From Nymphaea colorata (Eukaryota), in the NCBI RefSeq assembly GCF_008831285.2, contig NC_045138.2, forward strand, positions 31,558,001-31,622,000: a stretch of DNA of 64,000 bases, written 5' to 3'. The notes below the pieces were generated by a model. It searched no databases and was not told where the DNA came from. It worked only from the letters and a program-made list of their open reading frames with translations. Shown here one piece after another: positions 1 through 13,051 of this stretch (its first letter is position 1; the number at the start of each line of letters is the position of its first letter). Both the position numbers and the translations under genes were made by a program.

Positions 1-699
1 TATACAACATGGATCTGGTGCTTTCGGTGCTGCACCCACATCAATGCAATGTAGGTGCATGTCCTGGCATGAGTGCTCCATCCTTATTATAAAAACATTG
101 AAGAATAAAGATCCTTTTCTTTTTAAAGTTTTACGATCTTCCTTTAAAATTCTCTTTTATTACAATAAGATGTTCACACACACATATTGCAAAAGTACCA
201 CTCACCGACATGACATACACTGCCTTCTTTGCCTCATTTACGTTCCTCCTATTCAATTTCTTGTAAGACAAAAAAGTAACTTGGAACAATATAGCAACTC
301 TAATTTATATTTTTCTATTACAAAAGAATGGGCGAATGGCATTTATGAGCAGCGTGACATTGGTAGTGAACAAGTATGCTTGTTGATGAGTTATTTATCT
401 AATCCTTCAGTTTGAAATGATGTGCCCTATAGGTTCTTAGTGTCTACAGATCCTGTCATGCAAACAAATTAGTCTAAGAGAGAGAGAGAGAGAGAGAGAG
501 TATGCCAAGTTATATGTGCCCCATGTTCCCTATGGTAAAACCATCTAATCATTTAAAATTTGATGGCCAATGTATTTTAATAGGTGTGATCTTCATAGTT
601 TATCTAATAAACAACAATCATCACATCATTTGGACATGGATATAGGAAGAATAAGGTGTAAATAATCTGTTGCTCATAATGCATCAAAATCTTGAATCT

Positions 700-702
<3 letters not shown>

Positions 703-743
<41 letters not shown>
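703..743. repeat. (TA)n microsatellite; others at ~1150, 33527, 40025, 45703, 52493, 56084. (AG/TC)n tracts at ~477, 14490, 16238, 56585
   Basis: Direct reading. Confidence 0.95.
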
Positions 744-749
<6 letters not shown>

Positions 750-752
750 GAA

Positions 753-1130
753 TATAGTCACAAATAATGCCTCAGAGTTTTAAACGATGAGGATTTTCTC
801 AGATATAATACGGCGAGCTTGAAAAAAACAGGAAAAAAAGGCGAAAAATATGGTAAATTTTAAAAACTAAAAATGGGGGAAAAATAAAATAAGTGAGAAA
901 CTAATAATACAAACATCAAAAGATAAGTAAATTTGCAACAAATAAAAAATAGAAAATGAAAAAAAAAACTGTTTGGCATTAAAAAAACTAAGAAAATGAA
1001 TAAAATGTTAAAAACGGGTTAAAAATGTGTTTTTTCGTTTTAAATGTTTTTTTTAAAAAATGCTTCCTTTTTTTTAAGTTTTAAACGGCCATTTAATTTA
1101 TTGCGTTTTTTTTTTTAAAAACGCGTTTTC
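753..1130. mobile_element. Dispersed repeat (ATAGTCACAAATAA family), probable MITE remnant
   Basis: Collinear with 30271-30558 (atagtcacaaataa...gtgagaaacta...agataagta...aacggccatttaattta). Confidence 0.65.
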
Positions 1131-1132
1131 TC

Positions 1133-1173
<41 letters not shown>

Positions 1174-2216
1174 TTGAATGGATATTTTCGAATGGCCCAA
1201 ATCTATAAGATTGTGAAAGAAAAATTTGAAAAATCCAATGCATTGAATTGAATTATGAAGGTTAAGGGGGCTTCATAGAATCCAATACATGATTGGATTT
1301 CTTCATCTTTTTTAATCTATTGATTTGGGCCATCCAGGCTCATTGTCAAGTTGGATCAGAAAAAAGCTGGTCAGTATCTGGACAAACTGACTGAACCACC
1401 ATATATATTGGGTGTTCACATCTCTAAATCCTATATATATCCATAAGATAAGATGCGAACTCTGAAGTTCTACAGTTCCAAACACTTTCAATTTACAGGT
1501 AATGCTCAAGCAAATTCTGTGCAACAACTTACCTTCAAGCCTATAACAAACTCAAATAAGAGAGGCATGGCAAGTGGCAACACACTAAACGCAGTGATGG
1601 GACCTTGGTTTTCTAAAACTTATCAAAATGGTAATTCTCTTTATTATCTAATGTTTTTTACCTCAAACTATCAAAATTACATTTTGGTTAGGTATTTCAT
1701 GGTGCACTATGCCGTCATCCATAAATGGGTGGAAAGGATCAAATGTATTTATTACCTTGAGGCTTTAACTAAGTGTTGGCAGTCTAGTTCATGTAGTAAG
1801 CAAACAAAGGTACCCCCCTACCCAATGCGGACTTGAAGTATGACATTTAAAAATTGCCTACCATGGCATCCTTACATTTCATCTACTTGAGCTTGGTGAA
1901 ATGTTGAAACTCATCTGCCAAGCATCTGTCTCTCAAGTATGATGGATTGGTAGGTTTAGGTGCAAGATTGGGCATCAGTTACAGAATTACCAGTTACTGT
2001 GATGATTATTGTTTAGAAGCTTTTCTGTCATCAAACTAATAGCTAGTCATATTTTGGTTTTTGTATATAAATAAATTGAGTTTCAGTTAATTTGTTCTTG
2101 TTGGTTTTAATTTCTCTTGTTGTTAAAACTAGTTAAGGTACATAGTGCTTATTTCTTCATCCAGGACAGATTTCCTGCATGTTGAAGTGTATCTTTCTTG
2201 AACAATTCTCTTTCAG

Positions 2217-5200
2217 CTTTGCAACTAGAGAGTTTGTCTTCGGGTGGTCTAAGCACACCAGAGAAAAGTGAACATGTGCAAGAAACTTCGAAAGGACAAG
2301 ATACTATTCAAGGATTTCTCCAGTCCTGTACCAAGAAGGAACTGGTGCAGACATGCACCACAAAAGATAAGAAGATCTCAGGCATTTCAAAACACATCCC
2401 CAAGGCATTGAGCAACAAAATATACAAGAATCATGAAAGCAGGAAGAGTTCAAGCCAGCCGACATCCAATGGTAATCAGGTTGCTCTGAAGAAACTACAG
2501 AGGAAAGGGGATAATCCTGTTCGCCTTCCATCTGTGTCTGATATGTTATCTGATGGCAATCGTGCCAGTAGTTGGGTTTGTAAGAATTCTGCATGTAGAG
2601 CAACTTTAAGCTTGGATGACACATTCTGTAAGAGGTGCTCATGTTGCATTTGCCATTTGTTTGATGACAACAAGGATCCAAGTCTCTGGTTTGTCTGTTC
2701 ATCCGAATCTAATGGAGGGGATTCATGTGGGTTATCCTGTCATATTGAATGTGCTCTTCAGCACCAAAAAGCAGGAATAGTTGATCTTGGGCAGCTGATG
2801 CAACTGGATGGTAGTTATTGTTGCCCTTCCTGTGGTAAAGTTGCAGGGATAATTGGGTATGGCTATTCTCTTGTGTCTTGCCAACCTTTTGCTCTTGGTG
2901 TTTTTATAACTCCTTTTCCAACTTTTTGCTTAACTTCATTATACAGTATTGCTGTGTTTATCATTTTGGAAGCAGTCTCACTTTTATTACATGCTCTTGT
3001 TCTGGGTAGCCAAATTACATGCATGACTGATGGGTATTCCTTCTTAGTTTTGGAGTTGATTTCATGTGATGATGTTTTCAAACCTTTTTTTAGTATTACA
3101 AGGGTTTGTCAAGAATTGTCCCTATACTGGTAGACCAAGAAGCTGCGTTCTGCAGAAAAGGTGGATAATGTACCGCTGTGCATCATGTAGATACAAGCGA
3201 TTTGTTTGAAGAACAATTGCGGATCTTTTTCATCCCAACATTTGGGTTCTATAATTGGTGCGGAATTTGCTATACTTCTGTAGGTAGATATGGTAATGTC
3301 TAGTCTGATTCCTTGGTGTTCTGATTCCTTGGTGTTCCTACGTATGATGGCTAAGCTTATTTTATGGCATCATTGTTGTTGGCGAATGAGTACTCAAAAA
3401 CATTTTGTCCTTCCTCTTCAAATTCACCAGCAAGAGCACAAAGGCATCTATTGGAGGTTCAGTTACATTCTATCTAAAAAATGGGCTTTTCTCAACCGAA
3501 GAAAGATACTTCTACAGCTTCTTGGTTTGTCATCTTGTATTATTTTGGCTCTTCAACTCTTCTGGGTGGTGGTTGCAAGGATTTGAGCATGTGAAAGCAA
3601 AAATTAATATTTTTCTTTCAGAATTTCTGATTTGACTAACTTCAAAGAAGTGTTTTTGGGATTTACCTGGATCATTTATCTAACTACTATTCTTTTGTCC
3701 CTTTGTTACATGTGAATAATTTCTATGTAAATAAAATAGAGCCAAAAAATGGAGAAACTACCTATCTGTTTCATACTGGAACTTGCTTCTTTGATGTTCC
3801 CCATTGTATGTTAAATTTGCTTCCGTGAAATATGTCATTACACGACATTTAAATGTACAGTACCTACTTGTATGTCCTGTTTGTTTTTGTCTTTGTCTAC
3901 GTGACACAGTGTATGCTGCACTTTTCCTGCAAAACTTAAGTAGATTTCAAGCGGGTTGTGTTTTATCAATTGTACCTCATATTGAACCCAGATTCACTAG
4001 AATTTTGAGGTTCAAGTTTTTAGTTGTTCCATTACTTAAAAAAATCTGTAGCACGTCTACTGGAAGTGATCTGATTTATGCTGTTTCCTTTTGTTATTTG
4101 AAAGGTGTTGGAAGAAGCAGTTGGCTATTGCTAAAGATGCAAGGCGTGTTGATGTTCTTTGCTATCGTATATCCTTAAGTTACAGGCTGCTTGATGGAAC
4201 ATCTCGTTTCAGAGACCTGCACGACATTGTGACTGATGCAAAGTGCAAGCTTGAAACTGAAGTTGGTTCTGTGAATGGAATGTCTGCCAGGATGGCTCGT
4301 GGCATTGTTAGCAGGCTATCAGTTGCTGCTGATGTTCAGAAGCTCTGTGCTCATGCCATTGAAAAAGCTGAAGCCTGGCTTACTTCCGTTTCCAATTCTC
4401 ATCCAAGTCTAAATGGTGATACTTTTATGCTCTAGTCTTTTCTATATATATATTGAAGACTTTTTCATGCTTCCTCACTCAGATGCTTACTTTTTTCTTC
4501 CTTTGTATTGCAGAAAATTCACTTCCTGCTGCTTGCAGAATCCAGTTTGAAGATGTTACATCTTCATCTCTGGTAATTATCCTTAAAGATCCATCCTCAG
4601 GTTCATCAGATAGCGTCCATGGTTATAAGTTATGGTACTGCATGAGTCGTGAGCAGAAACACCAAAAAGAACCCATATGTATCTTGCCAAAGTCCCAGCG
4701 AAGACTCCTAATCTCAAATTTGCAGCCATGCACAGAGTACACATTCAGAATTATTTCTTTCACAGAGGCTGGAGACTTGGGGCACTCTGAATTTAAGTGT
4801 TTTACCAAGAGTGTGGAGATAATCCACAAGCAATCTGATCTCCTGGCAGCCCCAGAAAATAAGAGCGACAGCTTGGGTATTAGTGGTAGCTCTGCCAGTG
4901 CTAAAAGAGGATCTAGGACAATGAATGCCTCTGCTGGATTCAAGGTCAGAGATCTAGGCAAGATCTTGCGAGTAGCGTGGGCCAAAGAACATGGCTGCTA
5001 TGATGAATTCTGTGATGCAGATGAAGACTGCGCAGAAGTTGATGATGGGAGTGGTTCAATGAAGCAAGAAATTGCTGAGGAACCACATACTCATTCTCGG
5101 GGCCTTGATCTAAATGTTGTATGTGTCCCAGATCTGAATGCTGACCTGGCTTCACCTTTGGATTGTTCAAAGGATGAAGGCAGCTCAGAGCGGATAATTG

Positions 5201-5688
5201 AAGCTGAAGAGGATGTCCTTTCTCATGGAAGGGATAAGAATGCACAGGCTGAATACAATGACAGTGATTCACACTGGTTAATGAGGCCAGTGAAAGAAAT
5301 CCCAGCTATTGAGACACACACAAGATTTCGAGATAAAAAGATGGCAAACGGGAATGAAGAAGCATATGATTGTGATAGTACTCTCATTAATGGTTCACCA
5401 TTAAGATTTTCTGCTGGGCCCGGGTACCTGGATGGGAACTATGAGTACTGTGTGAAAATAATTAGATGGTTGGAACGAGGAGGTCACATTGATAAGGATT
5501 TCAGGATGAATTTTTTGACGTGGTTCAGTCTTAGGTCTACTGAAGAAGAAAGGAGGGTGGTTAACACATTTATTCAGACCCTCATTGACGATCCTAGCAG
5601 CTTGGCTGGTCAGTTGGTGGATTCATTTTTAGATATCATCTCTAACAAACGACCCCGTAATGGATTCTGCAGCAAGCTGTGGCATTAA
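2217..5688 (+). CDS. VIL1: VIN3-like PHD-finger protein (VIL1/VRN5 type), 5'-partial; exons 2217-2856, 4105-4415, 4514-5688
   Basis: GT-AG introns join in frame. Contains the Oberon-type PHD (CKRCSCCICHLFDDNKDPSLW...CGLSCHIECAL...YCCPSCGK), the coiled region CWKKQLAIAKDARRVDVLCYRI, FNIII (LISNLQPCTEYTFRIISFT) and the C-terminal VID (YEYCVKIIRWLE...FLTWFSLRS...GFCSKLWH*). The first seen exon starts in phase 1 after tttcag; the short ATG exon was not identified and is probably upstream of the window. Subfamily assignment is from memory. Confidence 0.92.
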
Positions 5689-8029
5689 CATCAGATCAAC
5701 CGGAAGCTGGATAGGAAATTGCCAGTTTCAATTTTTTTCCCATCAGAATTATTCTTTTCCCTCCCCATGTTTCCCTGATTTTCTTATTGCTCCCTACAGG
5801 CATCTTCTACTTCTAATCATTCGGCTGCATGTTCCTGCTCCCTGCCTATGGAGAGGGTTTCTCGATTATTATCTCTTGGAGTGGTTCATTGAATTGAAAG
5901 TGACAGAATCACACCAGAATTTATTTGTCCATGTTCTTTTACTGCAACTTTACCCCATTAAAATTGTTTTTTTGATGTGAATTGTTCTTGATATACCTTA
6001 TGCTCTCCCCCTTTCCATGAAAGCGTATGTTCGCAAGTCCACCATGTTTTGTTTTTGTTTTTTTTTTCTGACGAAGACGAGTCCTCCAAGGGCCAAACAA
6101 TTTAACAAGCAATGTGTATATAAGTTGAATGCTTAAAACAGTTAAAAAGGGTCCGATAGAAAGTACACGCTTTCACTGTGTTGGCATGAGGTCGGTCATG
6201 TAACTGGCAGTGTGAATCCTGTTCTGATGACCAATTTGAGTCTTACGATGAATTCAGCATCTACAGCTTGCCTGTGGTGAGCCCATCTGTCTCCAATCCT
6301 TTTTTTTTATAAACTGAAGGTACTGCCTTTTCTCCTCTTGATGGAGGATGAGTGTAGCTTCAATTCTAGCCATGCAGTTGTTTTAAACTTGCTGCTTCCA
6401 TGATGCACTTCTGACCAGATGAGTGGAACCGTGACATGGGAAGACCAGACTTCGTTCATCATCATGCTAGTTTTAAACTTTGAAAATGAGTGCAGAAAGC
6501 CGGAGGGGTCGGACTTTTTGACACAATTTTGGGGTGCAAGTGCCTCCGGGTTGCCAGACACCCAGGGAGCACTAGGGACGTTCGGCTTCTCTCGTCCCGT
6601 CGAGCTGCTTACAAGCGTTCGTCCTTTACATTTGTTGCGTCTGGCTTCGCTCCTCCCCGCTTACTAGACTACCCGTGACCTCTCTCTCTCCCTCTGCCTC
6701 TCTCCGACGGACGGAGGGACGAGGCTTCGAGCTCACGACGGTCACCCTCCACCACACGTTGTCCTCTCCCCGAGAGAACTCTACATCTCTCTTCTTCTGT
6801 CGTAGGAGACGATTATCGACAACCAACCGCCGATCAAGGTAAGGAGTCGTCATTTCCTGTGAGCTATCTCTCACTCTTTTTCTTATGGTTGAATCTCCAC
6901 TATGGTGACACACCTCTGCGATCGACCCTCCCCTGAAGGCGCAAATCTTTCTCTTTCTGTGAGACATTTGTTTCGTTTCGTACAATTCCCTTTCTCATTC
7001 TCGCAGTCGGCTGATCCGCGATTGTAGAAAGGGGCTCCTGCTGCCATCGCCGCATCTGCCATCTTTCCGTCCATTGCCAAATCCCAAATTTTGTCAATGT
7101 TTGGATCCATGTGTAGATAAATTCTAAACGAGTCGGGAATTTTTTTGGTAGATTTGTCGGAAACCATAGCTTCATAAAAACATTGTCCTTATTAAAAATG
7201 GTTAATGATGAATCTTCAGATCCAGTGTGATAAGCGGTAAGATGCTTGAAATGAACAACAGACGTATCGGTGGGCCGACCTATACGCCTCGTAAAATTAA
7301 TTTTTTTATTTTTTAAAAATAATAAAAATTTCAAAAAATCATAAAAATTTCAAAACAAATCCGAAAAAACGAGAAAAAATCAGAAAAAATCAAGAAAAAT
7401 GTATTTAAAGGATCATTCATCATTCATGTATATGATTATGAAGTATGAAGTATGAACAACACATTCCAAAATAAGAAATCAGACATTCAAAATAACATAA
7501 TAAGCAGCTGAAGAGAATTCGACGGTAAAAATGAGTTATTCCTTACATTCTTGGTGTTAGAAATAAAAAAACCCTCTTTCTCCAAGCTTCCCACCGTACT
7601 TCCCACAACAAGAAATAAAGCTTTTTCACCGGCAAATCTTGATGTAAATGAAGAAAATCTCTCTATCCCACGTCTCTCTTGTTTAGAAACAATAGATGAA
7701 AGAGAAAAGAGCGTAGGTTTTAAAAAAAGGCGCAAAAAAACCCGTAGGAGTCGTTGAAGGTTACTCGTTCCCTTCAACACGTTGGGGGCGTTGTCCACCA
7801 AATGTACATGAAAAAAAAAAAAAAACTTCGTACGTTTGATTGTACAGATAAAACGAAAGTGGAGGGGGAAAAGTTGTACGGGCGGGTGAAATTTCACTTG
7901 CCCGTACTCAAGACGTATCAAACGGGGTTAACTTTCAACCCGTTTGTCGTGTTAGGTCCACTCGAGCTTATTGCTCCCACGCCTGTAAACGCCCCCTTTC
8001 TCCTCCTCCTCGCATTCTAGCATATCTCT

Positions 8030-8460
8030 GTCCTCACCGGCAGAGAAGAGGGACGCAGTAGAGCGAAAGGGCCAGAGCTCCCACCATCGCCGCTCCGCCA
8101 GTTCGCCAACGCCACAGTCGCCGCTCCTCCACTGGTCCATCGTTCGTCATCGCCACATGTAAGGGTTTCCTGTGTCCCTTTCAGAAACGCCCAATGTTTT
8201 TTTCTGTGTTTAGCTGTTGCTCTTGCTCTCGATTTTTCCCTCCCTCGCCAATTTTCCCCTCACGGGATCCTCCTCCCTCGCAGTGGAGCCCTTGTCCATT
8301 TCTCATCGGCAGGGAAGAGGGATGCAGTAGGCGTGCGGGCCAGAGCTCCCACCGTCGCCGCCCCGCCTGTTCGCCATCGCCACAGGTTTCTCTCTTGCTG
8401 TCGTTGTGTCCCTTTCAAAAACGCCCAAAAATCTCCCACTGTCGCCACAGGTTTCTCTCT
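8030..8460 (+). promoter_or_regulatory. Probable non-coding first exon / 5' UTR region of VPS55, internally duplicated
   Basis: GC/CT-rich island with donor-like sites at 8159 (gtaagg), 8386 and 8451 (cag|gtttct), followed by ~2.8 kb of T-rich intron-like DNA and an acceptor (tgtgcag, 11297) just before the ATG. Confidence 0.55.
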
Positions 8461-9383
8461 TGCTCCGCCTGTCAACTATCCTTTTGCTTGTTTCTGTTAT
8501 GAGGAAAATCTCTGTGTTTTGTCTTCATTTTGCTTCAATCTCATAGGACTTGGCTGATTTGAGATCATTTGTACGTTCTGTTCTCCTCGAGCACAGAGAT
8601 TTGTCTTTGATTATGTGAACTGGAAGCATATAAGGACAGAGATCTTCTTCCATGCTTGAGTCTTTGTCCATTTCTCCATAGTTGCATTTCTCGTAGAACA
8701 TTTTCATGAGCATGTATCTGTTGGTTTAATTATGCTACCTTAGCAGACTGAATGTAGAGAGCTCAACAACCTTGCTACACGATTAGGACTTAATACAGAT
8801 CAGTGATTACCTCCTAGATGCTATTGGGAATATGATTTACAGAATAAACAATCTAGCAAGGAATTCATTGTGGAGAATAACAATTGGTTGTTGCATAAAT
8901 ATTCCTCCTCCTAAATATGGTCAATACCTAATTTTAGAAGAGGGGTGTCATGTCTTAAACTTAATAAAGGGTTGCACATCCTATGTCTGGACTCTGTCTA
9001 GAAGTTTTATTGCCTCAGGATGTTAGGTTGGCTACTGGTCTTCATCTGAGCTGCTTTTGTTCTTATCCTGTCTCAATATTGGAAAGCTGTCTTTTATCCT
9101 GTTTGACAAAAGGTGGCATGTTTTGTATTGGGTTTGTGTGTCCAGGCTAGTAGAGATTTCTAGTTTGAGGGTCATGTAAGATTGGAGCACCTACAAGTGA
9201 AACATAAAAATGGCTGAAGGTAACATGGACCTGGAAATGCGTTGAAGATGAGAGTGATGAGAGGACAAACACACAGTTATTGGACAAACTCAGATGAAGA
9301 AAGGAAATGATTGTAATTGTTGTAGTATGAATTTGTCATACAACTTATTGCAGTTCTGAAAAAAGTCCCCTAATTTTTCTACC

Positions 9384-9593
9384 ATGTGCATCAAACAAGG
9401 TTAAATTTACCCGGTTAAATTCTTCTTTGTGCATCAAACAAGGTTAAATTTATTAGGTTAAATTTTTCCTGTGCATCAAACATGACCTCAAATCGGAAGA
9501 TGGTTAAATTTCATCCTGTATTTTTTTTCAGAAAAATTTACCGTGGTAAATTTACCACGTTAAATTCTTCCTTGTGCATCAAACACACCCTTA
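9384..9593. repeat. Tourist/PIF-like MITE end with tandem subrepeats (gtgcatcaaacaaggttaaattt) in the VPS55 5'-UTR intron
   Basis: Four gtgcatcaaaca units, ending in caaacacaccc+tta, typical of a Tourist TIR plus TTA target. Confidence 0.5.
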
Positions 9594-11357
9594 CTTACTC
9601 GAGGAAACCTGAAAAGGGAACCATTAGTTTGTCAGTTTCCTATCAACAAGAGGCATGGCATAAGGATTGAGGTGAATTCATAGAGAACAACCATTGGCTG
9701 ATGTTAATTTATGTAAAGATTAAGATAGTATCATCATCTTCAAGAGTCACATTAGATATGAAACATCAATTTCACCGGTCTTTTGCAGAGATTTGGCAAT
9801 TGAAGGACCTGAATAAATGACTACCAAATTTGGGTAGACTCATTCAGCTGTGCAGTCTGGATTCATAGAAATAGCTTGCTACAGTATCCAACAAGCTGTC
9901 CCATTCACAACAAAGAAAACTAGTTGCTGAATTGCTAATTCAGCTTGGATAAGGAATGCTAATTGTTGACCCTGTTTCTCAGAGCAGCCAACTGGAATTG
10001 GTTCTCATCTCAACAGGTCTATTTGAAATGTTGCACCGAGTTTCTAAACTGCTATTTCTCGGAGATTAAACTGTTTATGGGAGTAAAGATAAAATTTTAC
10101 CAACTAGGGTCCTCCCATTTGGTCTAGACCTCGACTAAAAAGAACATTTGGTAACCCGCAGAACAGAATAGCGGAGCAGGACCAGGGTGCATGTCATCCG
10201 TTTGTTGGAAATCAAATGTGGCCCCTCTTAGGGCCAGATTTGTTCTTCTTGCTCTTGGGACGCCAAGAACAGGATGTTAAGTTAATGAATCTCAACAGCT
10301 CTCTATAAACGAAGTATATCTCAGTTGGCATAGTGTGTAAAGCAATTGCCAATTGAGACAAGAAGAGAAAATCCTTGGGAAGCAGGGTTTCAAAACATTT
10401 TACGTCTTGAGATATGAAAATCACTTCTATGCAGGTTCACCAAAAACGGCCTTGTGGTTCAGATATTTTGGGTAAGTCCATGCACTTGAGTGCAGACGAC
10501 AATCCCTTTTCTTCTTTTCTCTGGACAGGCAGGCTGCACTACGGGAACCCTGTGAGATTATGCTGACAGGTGCACACGCTGGGTGTTGAACAATTGACCT
10601 TCTTCAACTTGGAGTGCTCTTTCTCTCTCTATCTCTCTCTCCCTTTCTCTCTCACACACATGTGTGCACACACACAAATACATGCCGTAACTTCTCTCTT
10701 TCTCTCACACGTGTGCATGCACATACATACATGCCATAAGTCCATAACCAACTCAACTGGACACGGCCTAACTTGTCCTGGTTATGCCCTTTGGAAGAGT
10801 CCAAAAGACCAGGCCTTTTGCAGGGCTGAATTATGAACTAGACAGTATCAGATGGATTTGTTTCTAAAGAAAGAAAGTTCCAAACATAGGTGTAAACATC
10901 CGAAATCCATTGATATGTTTCTGCAAGATTCTCCCTTTAAATATTTTTATGTCTACCCTGTTTCTTTTTATGGGTAGTCTATGGTTTTTTTTCCTTGTTC
11001 TGCCTTGTTTGTGAAAATGATTTTAATTTCCTAAACATTCACAAACTCTTATTGACATATGTTTGGGATTCGTCCCCTTCAACTTTTGAAGGTTTTCTAG
11101 TTTCAGGCAGATAAAGGATCAAATGTTTGTTGGTCTTTTTCTTAATGTGTTAATTTCCCTCTCGGTCCTGTTGGGTACTAGATTGCAAAACCATCAGGGT
11201 GGTTAGATCATGAAGATGCAGGTTGTCTGTTTGTATTAGGAAATTCTAAATCATTAATTTGTGGATCGCATGACTGTGTTTGATTTTGGATGTGCAGAGG
11301 CAAGGTGAGGATTTTATGTTAACTTGGGACATATAAAGTTGGTCCCAGAGGGAAAAC

Positions 11358-13051
11358 ATGGCCGACTTACCGGGATACATGTTAACCTGTCTCCATTCAC
11401 TTAGACTTGCTGGTTTGGCAATCTTGGTTTCAGTTGGAATTGTCTTGCAAGTGTTGGTCTGTATTCTCTTTTCCTTATGAGTTTTGGTTGTGCCCTCCAT
11501 CTGATTGGTCTTATTTGTCAATGACATTGGCCTCTTCTTTCCCCATTTTGTTGCAGGCATGTGCTTTGTATAATAATTGGTGGCCTATGCTAACGGGTAA
11601 ATATTGTTACCTTGAGCTTATGATTTCTTTTGCAGTTTACAAATATTGTTATGAGAAAAATGGGTAACTGTCACCATATAGCAGCTGTCAATGGTTCTTT
11701 AGTTGGCATCATGAATCTCCTATGTAATTATTTTCTAGACTAATGATGTCTCTCTTTCGTCATGCTTTTGATCTGCAAAATCTACACTTTGAAAGTTGCT
11801 TGTCTTAGCAGGATGCTCCCTTGTATTAAAAATTTCTAACTGGTCATACACATTCCTTGAATTGTCAGAAGCTGCTTCATAGCATTCTTACTCATAAATT
11901 GAACTGTTACATCTGAAAGCATGAGAGTTCAAACTTTGTTGTTCAAATCTTCTCTATGAATTCAATCATTTGATCTTGGAAATAGATGCTTCCATGTCAT
12001 TATGGCGGGTTGTGGTTTGGCTTTGAATAAAAACTTATTGCATTCACAAACACATGCAATCCATCAACTTAGATGTTGACAGTTTTGTACATGGAAGTCC
12101 TATTTTTTGCCAGTTTTGCTCTTTCCATACCGGAAGAAAAAGAAGGCAGAAACAAAGAATAATCATGCAACATACCTACTTATTGCTGGATAATGTCATT
12201 CAACTCTTCTTTTAGCAGTCATAGTGTAACTCATAGCATGAGTTTCAACGCTGGTTGCATCATGATCATCATCATAACCCACCCATTCTCTCTTGTGCAT
12301 ATATCATACATACACAATTTATACTTCGTGGTTTTATAGAATAAGTGCTGCTTTTCCTATTTTGGTGATCTTTTGAAATTTGCTCACTTTAACTATCCAG
12401 TCTTGCATTCACTAAACATGTGGATTGCTTAAAACAGGCATCTTACTGTATGGAATCATGTGTATCAATTCTCTTGCTTCCGATGGTTGTGAAGCTGCAG
12501 TTTCAACATTTTTTTTCATATACTTTAACTAAAGTAACAACTCTCTAATAATTAGTCTAGCAAATTAATTGAAAGCAGCAGCTGTGTGACCAGTGAAATT
12601 TCTTGAATCTTTTCACTTGATCTTCAAGTATATGGTCCTTCTGCATGCCTTGAGATTTTAGTCTTTGCAGTGTTGATGTACGTGATGCTGCCTATGCCCT
12701 GCTTGTTTTTCTTGGGAAGTGACAATTCTATCTTCTCTAGTGGGGGTGGGGGGTAAGAAAAGATATAATACCTCACTTCAATGGCTTCATTTTCTGAAAG
12801 TAAGCTTCTGGTTGTAAGTTGTAACAAATTTTTTCCGGAACATATGCAGCTGGGTTGATGCAGCCAAGTTTTTGACTGGAGCTTCTGCAGTTGGGAGCAT
12901 AGCTATTCCTGCCATTTTAAAGCATGCAAATGTCATAGGCTGGGGAGCCCTGTTAATGGAGATCTCGTCATTTTTTATTTTTGGGTTTGCTATAGTGTTC
13001 ACCATCCTAATGAATAGTGAATCAGACTACAGCTCCTATGGGATGTTTTGA
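11358..13051 (+). CDS. VPS55: Vacuolar protein sorting-associated protein 55 homolog, 140 aa; exons 11358-11456, 11557-11596, 12671-12752, 12850-13051
   Basis: Manual splice gives MADLPGYMLTCLHSLRLAGLAILVSVGIVLQVL|ACALYNNWWPMLT|VLMYVMLPMPCLFF...|WVDAAKFLTGASAVGSIAIPAILKHANVIGWGALLME...YGMF*. All introns are GT-AG and the total of 423 nt is in frame. ACALYNNWWP and AKFLTGAS motifs are typical of plant Vps55. Confidence 0.92.

Noticed and set aside
9..250. ATG GAT CTG at position 9 as the VIL1 start exon; ORF 44-415
   Set aside because: No convincing similarity to VIL1 N-termini beyond MDL, and the region resembles the GTGACATAG MITE family.
2857..3133. Hydrophobic C-terminal extension of ORF 2198-3133
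   Set aside because: Read-through into the intron after the GG|gtat donor.
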